Source: Pseudomonadota bacterium
GTDB lineage: Bacteria; Campylobacterota; Campylobacteria; Campylobacterales; Sulfurimonadaceae
DNA length: 64,000 nt
Direction: 5' to 3'
Assembly: GCA_043797085.1 (NCBI GenBank)
Contig: JAZDQA010000009.1
Span: 1-64,000 of the forward strand
Part shown: positions 49,533 to 60,726 of the stretch, piece after piece
How positions within the stretch are numbered: the stretch's first letter is position 1
How the letters are laid out: every line of letters begins with the position of its first letter
Position numbers and translations under genes: made by a program
Notes under the pieces: model-generated
Databases searched by the model: none
Told to the model about the DNA's origin: nothing
Seen by the model: only the letters and a program-made list of their open reading frames with translations

Positions 49533-51337
49533 AAATGCACCTCATTAATTTTTTCTTTTATTAAGTTCAAGAATTGCTCTTCACTTAAATTGTACTGTTC
49601 TCGCGAGCGACGATCGCGCACCGCAACACTCTTAGAGCCAACCTCTTCATCGCCCAAAACGATAATCATAGGAACACGCCCTTTTTCCGCCGTTCGAATA
49701 CGTTTATTAAGAGAGTCATTTTTATCGAAAATCTCATAATCCGCACCCATATCAATCAGCTTATTCCCCAATTCACGCGCATACGCAACGTGAGTTTCTG
49801 CAATCGGAACGATCGCAACCTGCGTTGGAGCGATAAACATTGGGAATTCCCCAGCGTAATGCTCCGTCAATATACCAATAAAACGCTCAAAAGAACCTAA
49901 AATTGCCCGATGAATCATTACAGGTTGAATTTTTGCGTTCTCTTCGCCGTTATATTCCAGCTCAAAACGCTCCGGAAGGTTAAAATCAAGCTGAATGGTT
50001 CCGCACTGCCATTCACGTCCGATAGCATCGGTGATTTTAATATCAATCTTAGGACCGTAAAACGCTCCGCCACCCTCATCAATCTCGTATGCGAGCTTAT
50101 TTTTATCCATTGCATTTTTAAGTGCATTGGTAGAAATTTCCCATACAGCATCATCTCCAACCGCTTTTTCAGGTTTTGTAGAGATCATCATTTTATAGTT
50201 AAAATCAAAGGTTTTCATGATCTTATCAACAAAATCGACAACTTCGATGATTTGTTCTTCGATTTGATCCGCCGTACAAAAAATATGGGCATCATCTTGG
50301 GTAAATTCGCGAACACGGAAAAGCCCGTGAAGCGCTCCCGTCATCTCATGTCGGTGAACAATCCCGTACTCAAAGTATTTGAGAGGGAGATCACGGTATG
50401 AACGTAAATCGTGCTCATATACTTTGATATGTCCGACACAGTTCATAGGTTTTACCCCAAACTCGATTTCATCGATGTTGGTGAAATACATATTTTCGCC
50501 GTAGTTTTGGTAGTGACCGCTCACTTTCCATAGATCAGAACGAAGCATTTCAGGTCCGCGTACCGGCTCATACCCGCGCTTACGGTGTGCTTTGAAAAGA
50601 AGCTGCTCCAAACGCGAACGCATACGAGCGCCCGCCGGAAGCCAAATAGGGAAACCTGCCCCTACTTCTTCACGGAAGGTGAAAAGTTTCATCTCCGCAC
50701 CGATTTTACGGTGATCACGTTTTTCAGCTTCTGCCACTTGCTCTAAATACGCTTTTAGGGATTCTTTATCGGCAAATGCAATACCGTAAATGCGTGTCAA
50801 CATCTCGTTTTTGCTGTCACCGCCCAAATATGCACCCGAAATTTTTGTAAGTTTGAAATAACGCAACATCCCAACATTCGGTAAATGAGGTCCACGGCAA
50901 AGATCTTCAAATTCACCTTGCTTATAAATAGAGATCACATCATCAGGGATACGATCCATAACAGTTTGCTTTAGATGGTCGTTTGCAAATTTTATACGCG
51001 CTTCATCTTTGCTAATCTCGTAGCGCTCAATCACCGCTTTGGATTTTGCTATGTCGAGCATTTTTTTCTCGATCGTTTTCAAATCTTCTTCGCTGATGGT
51101 TTCATTGACTTTGAAATCGTAATAAAACCCCTCTTTAACAACAGGTCCTACGAAAAATTTAGCGTCCGTATAAAGCGCTTTAATCGCTTGCGCCATCAAA
51201 TGTGCGCAGGAGTGGCGAAGCACTTCAAGCGCATCCGCAGAGTTATCCAACTCTATTTCAGTACCGGTAATCCCAAGTGAGTGTGCTGTTTGTAAATCAA
51301 CTATTTGATCATTATGCTTAATTGCAATAACATCCAT
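49529..51337 (-). CDS. thrS: Threonine--tRNA ligase
   Basis: [41 protein letters not shown]; likely start MDVI at 51337. Confidence 0.97.
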   Translation of the reverse strand: MDVIAIKHNDQIVDLQTAHSLGITGTEIELDNSADALEVLRHSCAHLMAQAIKALYTDAKFFVGPVVKEGFYYDFKVNETISEEDLKTIEKKMLDIAKSKAVIERYEISKDEARIKFANDHLKQTVMDRIPDDVISIYKQGEFEDLCRGPHLPNVGMLRYFKLTKISGAYLGGDSKNEMLTRIYGIAFADKESLKAYLEQVAEAEKRDHRKIGAEMKLFTFREEVGAGFPIWLPAGARMRSRLEQLLFKAHRKRGYEPVRGPEMLRSDLWKVSGHYQNYGENMYFTNIDEIEFGVKPMNCVGHIKVYEHDLRSYRDLPLKYFEYGIVHRHEMTGALHGLFRVREFTQDDAHIFCTADQIEEQIIEVVDFVDKIMKTFDFNYKMMISTKPEKAVGDDAVWEISTNALKNAMDKNKLAYEIDEGGGAFYGPKIDIKITDAIGREWQCGTIQLDFNLPERFELEYNGEENAKIQPVMIHRAILGSFERFIGILTEHYAGEFPMFIAPTQVAIVPIAETHVAYARELGNKLIDMGADYEIFDKNDSLNKRIRTAEKGRVPMIIVLGDEEVGSKSVAVRDRRSREQYNLSEEQFLNLIKEKINEVHF

Positions 51338-51448
51338 TGTAAAAGTTTCCAGTTCATAAGAAAAATAAGGCGAATTATACGATTTTGTTGATTGGTTTGA
51401 GTTTAAAGAGCGCATAGAATGATTTTATAGAATAAAAAATATCTATGT

Positions 51449-52579
51449 TTATCTGGAAATTAACAATCCGATTCCTAAACGATCTTGTTGATGATTGTAA
51501 TCCATTAAACTGGCACCATACCCGCTAAAACCCTTTATATACCAAAAATTATTTTTAGAGTTGTTGATAGGATAAGACCATTCTCCTTCGATTGAGCCTC
51601 GGTTGTTGCTATTAAAATATAGGTTATCCCGCAAGATTAGTTCAAATTGATGTTGACCATAAAGATATTTAAACTTCAAATGACCATATCCGAGATACGA
51701 AGTAATCTCTTTATTATCACTACTGGCGTGTATATACCATCCTCTTAGTTGAATCAGTAAATCATCATATTGAAAATCCAAATCCGTATATACTTGGTTC
51801 CACTCTCGCGACAAGGATTCTCCAAGCCCATTGGATTCATGTAATAATCCGATACTGATGTCTTTTAAACCGCTCTTGAAATCCAGCTCATGCGTACTTG
51901 GAATGGTTATCCAAAATTCAGGTCTATAATTTGTTTCCCTAAAAGGGGCAGACTTGCTATACAACTGCCACCATATCTCTTGGGTGTATCCAAAAGAAAG
52001 AGTTTCATTTAAACCAAGTAAGTCATAGGTAAACGTTTTTTTAAAACTTAACTGAAATTCTGTTTCAACATTGCTATCAAAAACATGGTATCCAGGGTAG
52101 TCTGTGCTGTTTCGTTTCTCGTAATTTTCTGTCGTATAGGAAAATGGAAGTAAATAATTTTTTTCATGGGGAAGTATTCCGAAATTGCTAAACATAGTTG
52201 ATACCAACGATTTACGTTCCTCGGAATTTTTTGGCATATCCAAATGTTCAAGTCCAAATTTCTGCATTTCTTTATCGGTAGCAGGATCAATATGATAGAC
52301 CTGTTTATCGGCACTCATAGAAGCATTAGCTTCTATATTGCCTATTGCGCTGCGTGCGGCTTGCTTGTACCAATAAAAAGCCTTCGTCATATTTTGCTCA
52401 GTACCAGATCCGGATTCATGCATTATCGCCAGTTGATATTGGGCATATCTGTCCCCGCTAAGAGCTAATTTTTCAATATCGTGAAAAGATCTTGCCGGCT
52501 GCTTCACATTATCGGCTATCAGTACACTATTTAATACTATAAGCCATAGCAGTTGTTTTATAAGTATCCTTGCTATCAC
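51449..52579 (-). CDS. pldA: Outer membrane phospholipase A with N-terminal Sel1-like repeat
   Basis: FQLSFK, SAPFRETNYRPE, HESNG, SREWN, GYGASLMDYN; AQYQLAIMH..KAFYWYKQAA Sel1 repeat. Confidence 0.88.
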   Translation of the reverse strand: MIARILIKQLLWLIVLNSVLIADNVKQPARSFHDIEKLALSGDRYAQYQLAIMHESGSGTEQNMTKAFYWYKQAARSAIGNIEANASMSADKQVYHIDPATDKEMQKFGLEHLDMPKNSEERKSLVSTMFSNFGILPHEKNYLLPFSYTTENYEKRNSTDYPGYHVFDSNVETEFQLSFKKTFTYDLLGLNETLSFGYTQEIWWQLYSKSAPFRETNYRPEFWITIPSTHELDFKSGLKDISIGLLHESNGLGESLSREWNQVYTDLDFQYDDLLIQLRGWYIHASSDNKEITSYLGYGHLKFKYLYGQHQFELILRDNLYFNSNNRGSIEGEWSYPINNSKNNFWYIKGFSGYGASLMDYNHQQDRLGIGLLISR

Positions 52580-52622
52580 TTTGATTTATCAACCCGATTT
52601 GGTACCGACAACAAATGATAAA

Positions 52623-52988
52623 TCATTTATTAAGATCGAGTTTCAAATCAGGGTACTTTTCCTGAAAAACACGCTCACTTTCATTCATAATCATTCTACC
52701 ATCAGCGGTATCTTTATTGCCTTGTTCTATCTTTTGCCGACCGAGAGTCATATCTTGCTCTCCGCTTTTGACTAATTTTTCGCCCTCTTTAATCAGTTCT
52801 TCTCCGGAGAGTTTGAGTTTTGATCCGCGATCCCACTCTTTTGCTATCGCTTTTTGATCTATCGCCGTCGCTTTTTCATCGGCAGCATGAATCCGCATGA
52901 AATCAGCAGTTGTAGGTGATTTTGCAGTACAACCGCCCAGTGCGATCATAACAATAGCAGTTAATGTTACTAGTTTAAAATGTTTCAT
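52623..52988 (-). CDS. Hypothetical lipoprotein
   Basis: Lipobox LGGC; helical body. Confidence 0.75.
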   Translation of the reverse strand: MKHFKLVTLTAIVMIALGGCTAKSPTTADFMRIHAADEKATAIDQKAIAKEWDRGSKLKLSGEELIKEGEKLVKSGEQDMTLGRQKIEQGNKDTADGRMIMNESERVFQEKYPDLKLDLNK

Positions 52989-53014
52989 ATAATTTCCTTT
53001 TTTTTTGGTTTAAT

Positions 53015-53305
53015 CTAACTTTTGATTTTTGAAGCGGCGTCATTGAACGCCGTTTTTACGGAATCCCACGCTGATTCCACATTAGTTTTCATCGATTCGT
53101 ACATCTCATCGGTCGCTTTTAGCAAATCGGAAAGCTTTGTTTTTCCTTCATCGATTTTCTTTTCTAGCGCATCAATCTGTTTGTTCATTTCGATTTGTGC
53201 ATCGGCACTTGCCATAGAAGCTTTTGCCTTGAATTTGAGAATCTCTGATTTCCAAATCGCAATTTCTGCTTCTTTTTTTTGTTGATACAATTGTTTATCA
53301 TTCAT
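53015..53305 (-). CDS. Coiled-coil protein (Sll1863-like stress family)
   Basis: YQQKKEAEIAIWKSEI..KAKA..ADAQIE..VESAWDSVK; SD AAGGA before ATG at 53305. Confidence 0.7.
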   Translation of the reverse strand: MNDKQLYQQKKEAEIAIWKSEILKFKAKASMASADAQIEMNKQIDALEKKIDEGKTKLSDLLKATDEMYESMKTNVESAWDSVKTAFNDAASKIKS

Positions 53306-53327
53306 AATGTTTTCCTTTGTTTGCTCC

Positions 53328-53477
53328 TCAGAGCACACGTCGTCCCTGAATCACTCGGATGAGAACGACGATGATAGCAATCACCAACAAAAGGTGAATA
53401 AACCCACCCAATGTGTAACTAGTGACCAAGCCTAAAGCCCATAAAACCAATAAAATTACTGCTATTGTCCACAACAT
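53328..53477 (-). CDS. Lmo0937-family small membrane protein (49 aa)
   Basis: MLWTIAVILLVLWALGLVTSYTLGGFIHLLLVIAIIVVLIRVIQGRRVL; not in ORF track. Confidence 0.88.
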   Translation of the reverse strand: MLWTIAVILLVLWALGLVTSYTLGGFIHLLLVIAIIVVLIRVIQGRRVL

Positions 53478-53496
53478 ATTTGAGCCTTTTTATGTA

Positions 53497-54291
53497 TTAT
53501 TCAATGGTCATTTTATTGACGACATTATTAACACCCTCAACATCTTCGGCAAGCTTTGTAACCAAATCACGTTCAGCATCATTTTTAGCTTGACCGCTCA
53601 GTGTCACAACAGCATTGTTAGTAGTAACACCGGTTCGGATGGCCCCTGTAGATTTGTGCATCATCAATGTCATTTTTACCTGAGCAGTGATCGAAGCATC
53701 ATCGATTTTTTCACCGATGGACTCATCTTGTTTTACCAGTGTCATTTCGTTCTTTACCTCTTTTACCCCTTCAACATCTTTGGCGTATTGAGTAGTCAGT
53801 TCTTTTTGGGCTTGACTGTTGGCTTTACCTTTGAGCGTAACCACTCCATTTTTTACCGATACTTCCGTTTTACGGGCATTGACATTGCGGTGAAATACGA
53901 GAGCTGTCTGCACTTTCATCTTAAGCCACGTATCGGACTTATCCTTTTTTATGACGATCTTATTGTCAACACTTTTGACCCCCGGTAACGCTTCAACCGT
54001 ATTCTGTGCCATCGGTATGTGTGATTCATCTAAAACATCACCGGATAAGGTAACGGCTCCATCTTTAGAGTTAATCACAATATGCTCATCTTTGAGATAC
54101 GTTTTGTAAACATAGCTTTTTTTAAATGATGATTCGATTTTATCGTCGGTATCCGATGCAAATAAGGGAACAGCCGTAGCGAATAAAACAGCCGCTGCCA
54201 TCGCAATATTCATCGTCGTTGAATAAGTCTTTTTTTGAGAGTTTGCTTGATTTTTTAAGCTTTGATTGGGAGAGGTTTTAATGAAATTCAT
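53497..54291 (-). CDS. BON-domain protein (OsmY-like, three BON domains)
   Basis: Three repeats of G.VTL.G..A..V.GVK.V.N. Confidence 0.9.
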   Translation of the reverse strand: MNFIKTSPNQSLKNQANSQKKTYSTTMNIAMAAAVLFATAVPLFASDTDDKIESSFKKSYVYKTYLKDEHIVINSKDGAVTLSGDVLDESHIPMAQNTVEALPGVKSVDNKIVIKKDKSDTWLKMKVQTALVFHRNVNARKTEVSVKNGVVTLKGKANSQAQKELTTQYAKDVEGVKEVKNEMTLVKQDESIGEKIDDASITAQVKMTLMMHKSTGAIRTGVTTNNAVVTLSGQAKNDAERDLVTKLAEDVEGVNNVVNKMTIE

Positions 54292-54563
54292 AATGGTTCC
54301 TTCACGTTGACTAATGTCTATCTAGAGAGCTACTCATTCTATTTCAAAATATCGTTTATACTGTTTTAGTTAATGCCTCCATGACACCATTTGCATAGGT
54401 CTTACTACAGTCATTGAGTACTTTCCCCTTAGGTGTACCCTAATATGCCCACTTGTTTATATACAGTATATCACTAAAATAGTATTTATAAGTTCTTAAT
54501 TTATATAATATAATTTTCTTATATTATATACAGCTCTCAAACGAAACACTCTTTCTCAAACAG

Positions 54564-54624
54564 TATTAATACCCTCAAACATCTTCTGCAAGCTTTGTAA
54601 CAAAATCACATTCAGCATCTTTTT
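54564..54624 (-). pseudogene. Degenerate fragment copy of BON gene 3' end
   Basis: Direct repeat of 53526-53586 with a few substitutions and indels. Confidence 0.7.
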
Positions 54625-54660
54625 ATTACAAGTCAGAATGCTGTGTTTTGCTATTAACAT

Positions 54661-54695
54661 AATAACTCCTTGGTATTTTTTTATACGGAGTTATT
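54661..54695 (-). terminator. Hairpin downstream of sulP
   Basis: AATAACTCC...GGAGTTATT stem. Confidence 0.45.
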
Positions 54696-54747
54696 CTATA
54701 TTTTAATAATGATTTAATAATGATTTTTGCAAGTGAATACGTAACCC

Positions 54748-56241
54748 TTAATGCCCACCCATCACTTTTACAATTTCAGAGGGCTTATCGTGAATACCGA
54801 AACGGTCAATAATCGTCTGTGTTGCTTCGTTTTGTCCGATTACCTCGACCTCTTTGCCCATATTCCGCAGTTTGATCACTGCCTTATCGAGGGCGTAGAC
54901 AGCCGTAATATCCCAAAAGTGAGCGTGAGTTACATCGATAACCACATTTTTCACCTCTTCTTTGTAATCAAATTCATCGGCAAAACGATTGGCAGAGTTA
55001 AAAAATATTTGACCGACAAATTTATAGACACGGGTACTGCTCGTCTCTTCATACGATTTTTCACAATACATAAAGTGGCTGATTTTGTTCGCAAAAAAGA
55101 GTGCCGCGAGCAAGACACCGCTTAAAACACCGAGTGCAAGATTGTGGGTCGCAACGACCACGGCAGTTGTAGTGATCATAACAATATTGGTCGAAAGAGG
55201 CAACGTTTTAAGTCCTTTGACCGACGGCCAACTAAACGTCCCGATCGAGACCATAATCATAACCGCAACGAGTGCCGCCATCGGGATTTGTTTGATCAAA
55301 TCGGACATAAACACGACCATGATGAGAAGCAGTACCCCTGCCATCAAAGTCGAAAGACGACCGCGACCGCCCGATTTGACGTTGATAACCGATTGACCGA
55401 TCATCGCACATCCCGCCATACCTCCGACACATCCACTGGCGATGTTGGCGATCCCCTGCCCTTTGGCTTCGCGGTTTTTGTCGCTGTCGGTATCGGTCAT
55501 GTCATCGATGATTGTTGCCGTCATAAACGATTCAAGTAAACCTACCGCCGCCAATGCCGCAGAGTAGGGGAAAATAATGGCTAATGTCTCAAAATTTAAA
55601 GGAACATCCGGCCACAAAAAGATCGGCAAGGTATCGGGGAGTGCACCCATGTCGCCAACCGTGCGAACATCAATCCCCGTTGCTACCACAACAATGGTGA
55701 GGACGACAATCGTAACGAGCGGTGAGGGAATGAGTTTTCCGATTGTAGGGATATAGGGAAACAGATAGATGATCCCAAGCCCCGCTGCCGTAAGGGCATA
55801 GACGTGCCATGTGACATTGGTCAGCTCAGGAAGCTGTGCCATAAAGATCAGAATCGCCAATGCGTTCACAAATCCGATCACAACGGTACGGGAGACGAAA
55901 CTCATCAATACACCGAGTTTAATATAGCCAGCAAATATTTGCAATACCCCCGTCAAGAGGGTAGCCGCCATCAGGTACTGTAACCCGTGCTCTTTTACGA
56001 GGGTCACCATGAGCAATGCCATAGCCCCAGTAGCGGCAGAAATCATCCCGGCACGACCGCCTACGAATGCGATGACTGTCGCGATACAAAACGAGGCATA
56101 CAGCCCGATTTTGGGATCAACTCCCGCGATAATTGAAAAAGCAATCGCTTCAGGGATAAGGGCGAGGGCAACCACGATTCCGGCGAGGATATCGCCGCGA
56201 ATGTTACCAAACCACTCTTGTTTGGGGGATAATAATAGCAT
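54748..56241 (-). CDS. SulP family anion transporter
   Basis: [28 protein letters not shown]-terminal STAS. Confidence 0.95.
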   Translation of the reverse strand: MLLLSPKQEWFGNIRGDILAGIVVALALIPEAIAFSIIAGVDPKIGLYASFCIATVIAFVGGRAGMISAATGAMALLMVTLVKEHGLQYLMAATLLTGVLQIFAGYIKLGVLMSFVSRTVVIGFVNALAILIFMAQLPELTNVTWHVYALTAAGLGIIYLFPYIPTIGKLIPSPLVTIVVLTIVVVATGIDVRTVGDMGALPDTLPIFLWPDVPLNFETLAIIFPYSAALAAVGLLESFMTATIIDDMTDTDSDKNREAKGQGIANIASGCVGGMAGCAMIGQSVINVKSGGRGRLSTLMAGVLLLIMVVFMSDLIKQIPMAALVAVMIMVSIGTFSWPSVKGLKTLPLSTNIVMITTTAVVVATHNLALGVLSGVLLAALFFANKISHFMYCEKSYEETSSTRVYKFVGQIFFNSANRFADEFDYKEEVKNVVIDVTHAHFWDITAVYALDKAVIKLRNMGKEVEVIGQNEATQTIIDRFGIHDKPSEIVKVMGGH

Positions 56242-56376
56242 TTAGACTCCATAAAATTAGAAATATGCAAAAAAGCTCGAAGATAAATATCATAAGAAAA
56301 AAGAGGTTTTGCAGTGTTTAAAGTATGCTATTATATACAAAAGTTACTTTGATATCTAACGAGAAAGGGAGCGTAT

Positions 56377-58905
56377 ATGCAGATTCCAAATTCACCATGG
56401 TCAAAGCCCATAGACTCTCTCATGGGAGAACTAGAGAGCTCTCGGGAGGGGCTTGACGCCAACGAAGCAGAAAATCGCTACAAACAATTCGGTTCCAATT
56501 CCCTGATGGTGGAGGAGCGTTCCAAACTCACCATGTTGATTTCTCAATTCGCCAGTCCTATCGTCCTCATTCTCATTGCTGCAGGAATTATCAGTTTCGC
56601 CATGGAACATACCAAAGACGGAATTATCATCCTCGCTATTCTTATCATCAATGCACTGCTGGGATTTTATCAGGAGCTTAAAGCCGAAACCTCTATTCGT
56701 GCACTCCAGCGGCTAACCGAAAATCATGTGCGGGTATTGCGCAGCGGGATTGAGACACGGCTCCCCTCTCATCAACTCGTCCCCGGAGACATCATCTTGC
56801 TCGGCGAAGGGGATCTCGTCCCTGCCGATGCGCGTCTGATAGAATCTCATGCTCTCCAAGTGGATGAAGCGGTACTCACAGGAGAATCGCTCCCTTGTGA
56901 TAAATCAGCCGACTCGGATGTCAGCCCCGAAGCCCCTATGTATGAACGGCTTAACTCACTCTATTCCGGAACCTCTATCTTACGGGGAAAAACAACCGCT
57001 CTCGTGTGCGCCACCGCCGAATGGACTGAAATGGCAAAAATTGCGGAAGCGGCACAAAAAATATCCCCCGAATCTCCCTTGACCCGCTCAATGCGCCATT
57101 TTTCAAAACAGCTGCTGATCGTTATCGTCATCATTCTCTTTATTCTCGGTGCCTTTGCGATCGCCCAAGGACGCAGTGTCGATGAGATGGTCTCCTTTCT
57201 CCTCGCGCAACTCGTCTCCGCCGTCCCTGAGGGGCTTCCGATCGTTATTACCCTTATTCTGGCAATAGGTGCCTATCGTCTCAGTCAGCACAAAATTCTG
57301 GTACGCCATCTCCCCTCCGTCGAATCGCTTGGAAGTGCCACCGTTATCGCCACCGATAAAACGGGAACCATTACCGAGGGGATTCTATCCGTCAAAAAGA
57401 CGATGATACTCGATGAAGAGGAGCTTCTGCGCTGTGCGGCACTCTGTAATGACTCGTACGATGGGAAAGGGGATGGTATCGATGTCGCTCTCGCCCAATG
57501 GCTAGGAGAGAATTACCTGTCCCTGCGAGAGCAATTTGAAAGACTCTACTATCATCCTTTTGATCCCATCACGAGAATGATGGGGACGATCAACCGTATC
57601 GACACAGCAGAAAAACTCTATCTCAAAGGAGCCTACGAAGCCCTCCTTCCCCTCGCCCAAAACACCCCTGAGCAACTCGAAAATCTGCAAAAATCCCACG
57701 ATAGTATGGCATCCAAAGGGTTACGTGTTTTAGCCTTCGGTGTAAGTGATCAGCACTGGGAAGATCCCGTCCATGCACCGACACGTATCGTAGGGCTCAT
57801 CGCGTTCGCCGACCGTCCCAAAGCGGATGCAGCAGAGGCGATTAACTTAGCCAAACGTGCCGGAATTCGCCTCATTATGATTACCGGAGACAACCCTATC
57901 ACCGCCGAAGTGATCGCCTCTGAAGTGGGATTGAACCACACAGGACAAAAGATTCTCACAGGAGCGGAAATCGACACTCTAAGCGATGAGGATCTCACAA
58001 AGCGCTTAGAACACACGGGGGTGATAGCCCGCGCTATGCCGGAGCACAAATACCGAATCGTCCAACTTCTCCAAAAACAAGGGGAAATCGTTGCCGTCAC
58101 GGGAGATGGGGTAAACGATGTCCCCGCCCTCAAAGCAGCCGATTTAGGGATTGCTATGGGGAATGGAAGCGAAGCGGCAAAAGCATCGTCTAAAATGGTG
58201 CTCGTCGATAACAATCTGGGAGTCATTGTCGATGCGATCCGCCAAGGGCGTGTCATCAGCGACAATCTGCGCAAAGTCCTCTTTTATCTCCTCTCCACCT
58301 CACTAGGAGAGATCATCCTCATCAGCATGGCTATTTTGATGGCATTACCCCTCCCCCTTCATCCGACCCAAATACTATGGGTCAATATCGTCACCGACGG
58401 TATGTGTGACAAAACTTTTGCCATGTGTGCAGAAGAGGAAGATGTGATGAAGCGTCCCCTTAGAGCTGCGGGAAAACAGTTTTTTGATAGAGCGATGCTG
58501 TTTCGGCTGGGATGGTTTGCGCTCGTCACCGCCAGCGTCACCATGGGATTATTCATCACGCTTCACACCCATAACTACCCGTATGAGGTTATCCTTAGTG
58601 CTACGTTTACCACCGTCGTTGCCGCCCAATGGATCACCGCCGTCTTAGCCCAAAAAGAGTCAGAACCCTTTTTGAAAAACATTCGCCGCAGCCTCACCAT
58701 CAACCCTTGGATCTGGGGCGGAATATCGCTGGGTATAGTACTCCAAGGAGTCGCCCTCTATCTTTTGCCGGAGTGGTTTCATGTCGTCCCTCCCAGCGGA
58801 GAAATACTCGGCTATGTCGGTATAGCACTGATCGCTATTTTTGTTTTGGATGAGGGGTACAAATGGATGGAATACGCCAGAAGTAGGGATCGGCTTCAGC
58901 GATGA
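56377..58905 (+). CDS. Cation-transporting P-type ATPase (Ca2+-type)
   Basis: TGES, VPEGLP, DKTGT, TGDN, GDGVNDVPAL. Confidence 0.95.
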   Translation: MQIPNSPWSKPIDSLMGELESSREGLDANEAENRYKQFGSNSLMVEERSKLTMLISQFASPIVLILIAAGIISFAMEHTKDGIIILAILIINALLGFYQELKAETSIRALQRLTENHVRVLRSGIETRLPSHQLVPGDIILLGEGDLVPADARLIESHALQVDEAVLTGESLPCDKSADSDVSPEAPMYERLNSLYSGTSILRGKTTALVCATAEWTEMAKIAEAAQKISPESPLTRSMRHFSKQLLIVIVIILFILGAFAIAQGRSVDEMVSFLLAQLVSAVPEGLPIVITLILAIGAYRLSQHKILVRHLPSVESLGSATVIATDKTGTITEGILSVKKTMILDEEELLRCAALCNDSYDGKGDGIDVALAQWLGENYLSLREQFERLYYHPFDPITRMMGTINRIDTAEKLYLKGAYEALLPLAQNTPEQLENLQKSHDSMASKGLRVLAFGVSDQHWEDPVHAPTRIVGLIAFADRPKADAAEAINLAKRAGIRLIMITGDNPITAEVIASEVGLNHTGQKILTGAEIDTLSDEDLTKRLEHTGVIARAMPEHKYRIVQLLQKQGEIVAVTGDGVNDVPALKAADLGIAMGNGSEAAKASSKMVLVDNNLGVIVDAIRQGRVISDNLRKVLFYLLSTSLGEIILISMAILMALPLPLHPTQILWVNIVTDGMCDKTFAMCAEEEDVMKRPLRAAGKQFFDRAMLFRLGWFALVTASVTMGLFITLHTHNYPYEVILSATFTTVVAAQWITAVLAQKESEPFLKNIRRSLTINPWIWGGISLGIVLQGVALYLLPEWFHVVPPSGEILGYVGIALIAIFVLDEGYKWMEYARSRDRLQR

Positions 58906-58968
58906 TATCGCCGTGAATGTTGCCAAACCACTCTTATTTAGGAGATAAAAACACAATAGAAGCTCCAT
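58897..58968 (-). pseudogene. Degenerate fragment copy of sulP 5' end
   Basis: Reads (V)FLSPK*EWFGNIHGDIIA versus Sul[21 protein letters not shown]; direct repeat of ~56180-56252. Confidence 0.75.
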
Positions 58969-59082
58969 TTTTTGAATACCGATACACTGAGTAGCAAATC
59001 ATTTAAAACTTTGTAACAGAATATCTTTGACTAAACACAATTAAGGTAGAATCTTTGATAATTACAACATAAAGGACCAAAT

Positions 59083-59334
59083 ATGTTTTTTGAAAGTATA
59101 AAAATCATGCTTCTTGGTATGGGAACCGTTTTTTTGTTCCTGATTATCATGGTGTATGTCACCAAAGTTATGTCCAAAATAATTCAGCGATATTTTCCTG
59201 ATGCACCTAAAATACCGGAACCTGTACGTACAGCAGTACCGGTAAAGTCTTCTGATAACAAAGCCAAAGTTGCGGCATTAGTAGCCACGATGTATCATAA
59301 CCAATTGATGAATGCGGAGAAAAATAATGGATAA
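59083..59334 (+). CDS. oadG: OadG family (Na+-decarboxylase gamma subunit)
   Basis: [13 protein letters not shown], Pro-rich linker, KVAALVA..H. Confidence 0.85.
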   Translation: MFFESIKIMLLGMGTVFLFLIIMVYVTKVMSKIIQRYFPDAPKIPEPVRTAVPVKSSDNKAKVAALVATMYHNQLMNAEKNNG

Positions 59335-60694
59335 TATGAAACGATTGTTTTTCTCTTTGTGTATGATGTTCGCCGTATCTTTATCGGCTATGGATTCCCA
59401 AAGCACTGCTGCAGCTGATATGAACAGTACAGCAGGACTCACCGTAAGTGCGGATCAAAAATCGACATTTCGTGAAGAGACGTATCAACCGATGTCGTTT
59501 GGTGTTATGATGACCAATTTTTACAACACGACAGGAATCAGTGCGCTAATTACCCCAAAAGAGGGAACGTTAACCTCTTCGGGCAAGCCCATGAGTGATT
59601 TTCATCAAACATGGGGACGGGTCATTATGATTCTCGTCACTTTTTTACTCTTTTATTTGGCAATTGCCAAAGGGTTCGAACCGCTTTTGCTTTTGCCCAT
59701 AGCGTTTGGGGGATTGCTCGCGAATGTCCCTATCGCCAATATCGCAGGTCCTGACGGATTTTTAGGGATACTGTATCACATGGGAATCTCCAATGGACTT
59801 TTCCCGCTTCTCATTTTTATGGGCGTTGGGGCTATGACCGATTTTGGTCCTTTGCTTGCCAATCCAAAGCTTGCTCTTTTAGGGGGGGCGGCTCAATTTG
59901 GTATTTTCGGAACATTGGTCGGTGCGTATGCCCTCAGCCAGTTTACGGATGTCTTTAATTTTACATTGCAACAATCAGCCGCCATCAGTATTATTGGTGG
60001 GGCAGACGGTCCAACCTCTATTTTCATCGCTTCTACCTTGGCACCCGAGCTTTTAGGAGCCATTGCGGTTGCATCGTATTCGTATATGGCGCTGGTTCCA
60101 ATCATTCAGCCTCCTATTATGCGCTTATTGACAACAGTGGAAGAGCGAAAAATTCGTATGCCAGCAACACGTCGTGTCAACCGTATGGAAAAACTCATTT
60201 TCCCACTCGCAGTATTGGTATTGATTATTCTCATTCTTCCCGATGCAGCTCCTTTGGTAGGTGCATTTGCGTTAGGTAACTTTTTTAAAGAAGCCGGAGT
60301 CGTTGATCGTTTGAGCGATACAATGCAGCATGCTTTGATTAATATTGTCACGATATTTCTAGGACTTGGCGTAGGATCAAAGCTGGCTTCAGATCAGTTT
60401 TTAGTTGTGGATACGTTAGCGATTTTAGTTCTTGGTCTTTTAGCTTTCTCGGTTGGTACGGCTGCGGGAGTTTTGATGGCGAAATTTATGAACCTCTTCA
60501 CGAAAGACAAGATCAATCCACTTATCGGTTCAGCAGGTGTTTCAGCGGTTCCGATGGCGGCGCGTGTGTCGCAAAAAGAGGGGATGAAATCCGATCCTTC
60601 CAATATGCTTTTAATGCATGCTATGGGTCCAAACGTTGCAGGTGTCATCGGTTCTGCTGTTGCCGCAGGTGTTATGATCGCACTTTTTAAATAA
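59327..60694 (+). CDS. oadB: Na+-translocating decarboxylase beta subunit
   Basis: [49 protein letters not shown]. Confidence 0.95.
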   Translation: MDNMKRLFFSLCMMFAVSLSAMDSQSTAAADMNSTAGLTVSADQKSTFREETYQPMSFGVMMTNFYNTTGISALITPKEGTLTSSGKPMSDFHQTWGRVIMILVTFLLFYLAIAKGFEPLLLLPIAFGGLLANVPIANIAGPDGFLGILYHMGISNGLFPLLIFMGVGAMTDFGPLLANPKLALLGGAAQFGIFGTLVGAYALSQFTDVFNFTLQQSAAISIIGGADGPTSIFIASTLAPELLGAIAVASYSYMALVPIIQPPIMRLLTTVEERKIRMPATRRVNRMEKLIFPLAVLVLIILILPDAAPLVGAFALGNFFKEAGVVDRLSDTMQHALINIVTIFLGLGVGSKLASDQFLVVDTLAILVLGLLAFSVGTAAGVLMAKFMNLFTKDKINPLIGSAGVSAVPMAARVSQKEGMKSDPSNMLLMHAMGPNVAGVIGSAVAAGVMIALFK

Positions 60695-60726
60695 TATTTT
60701 GCGACGCTAAAAAGGAGTTGCCGCGA

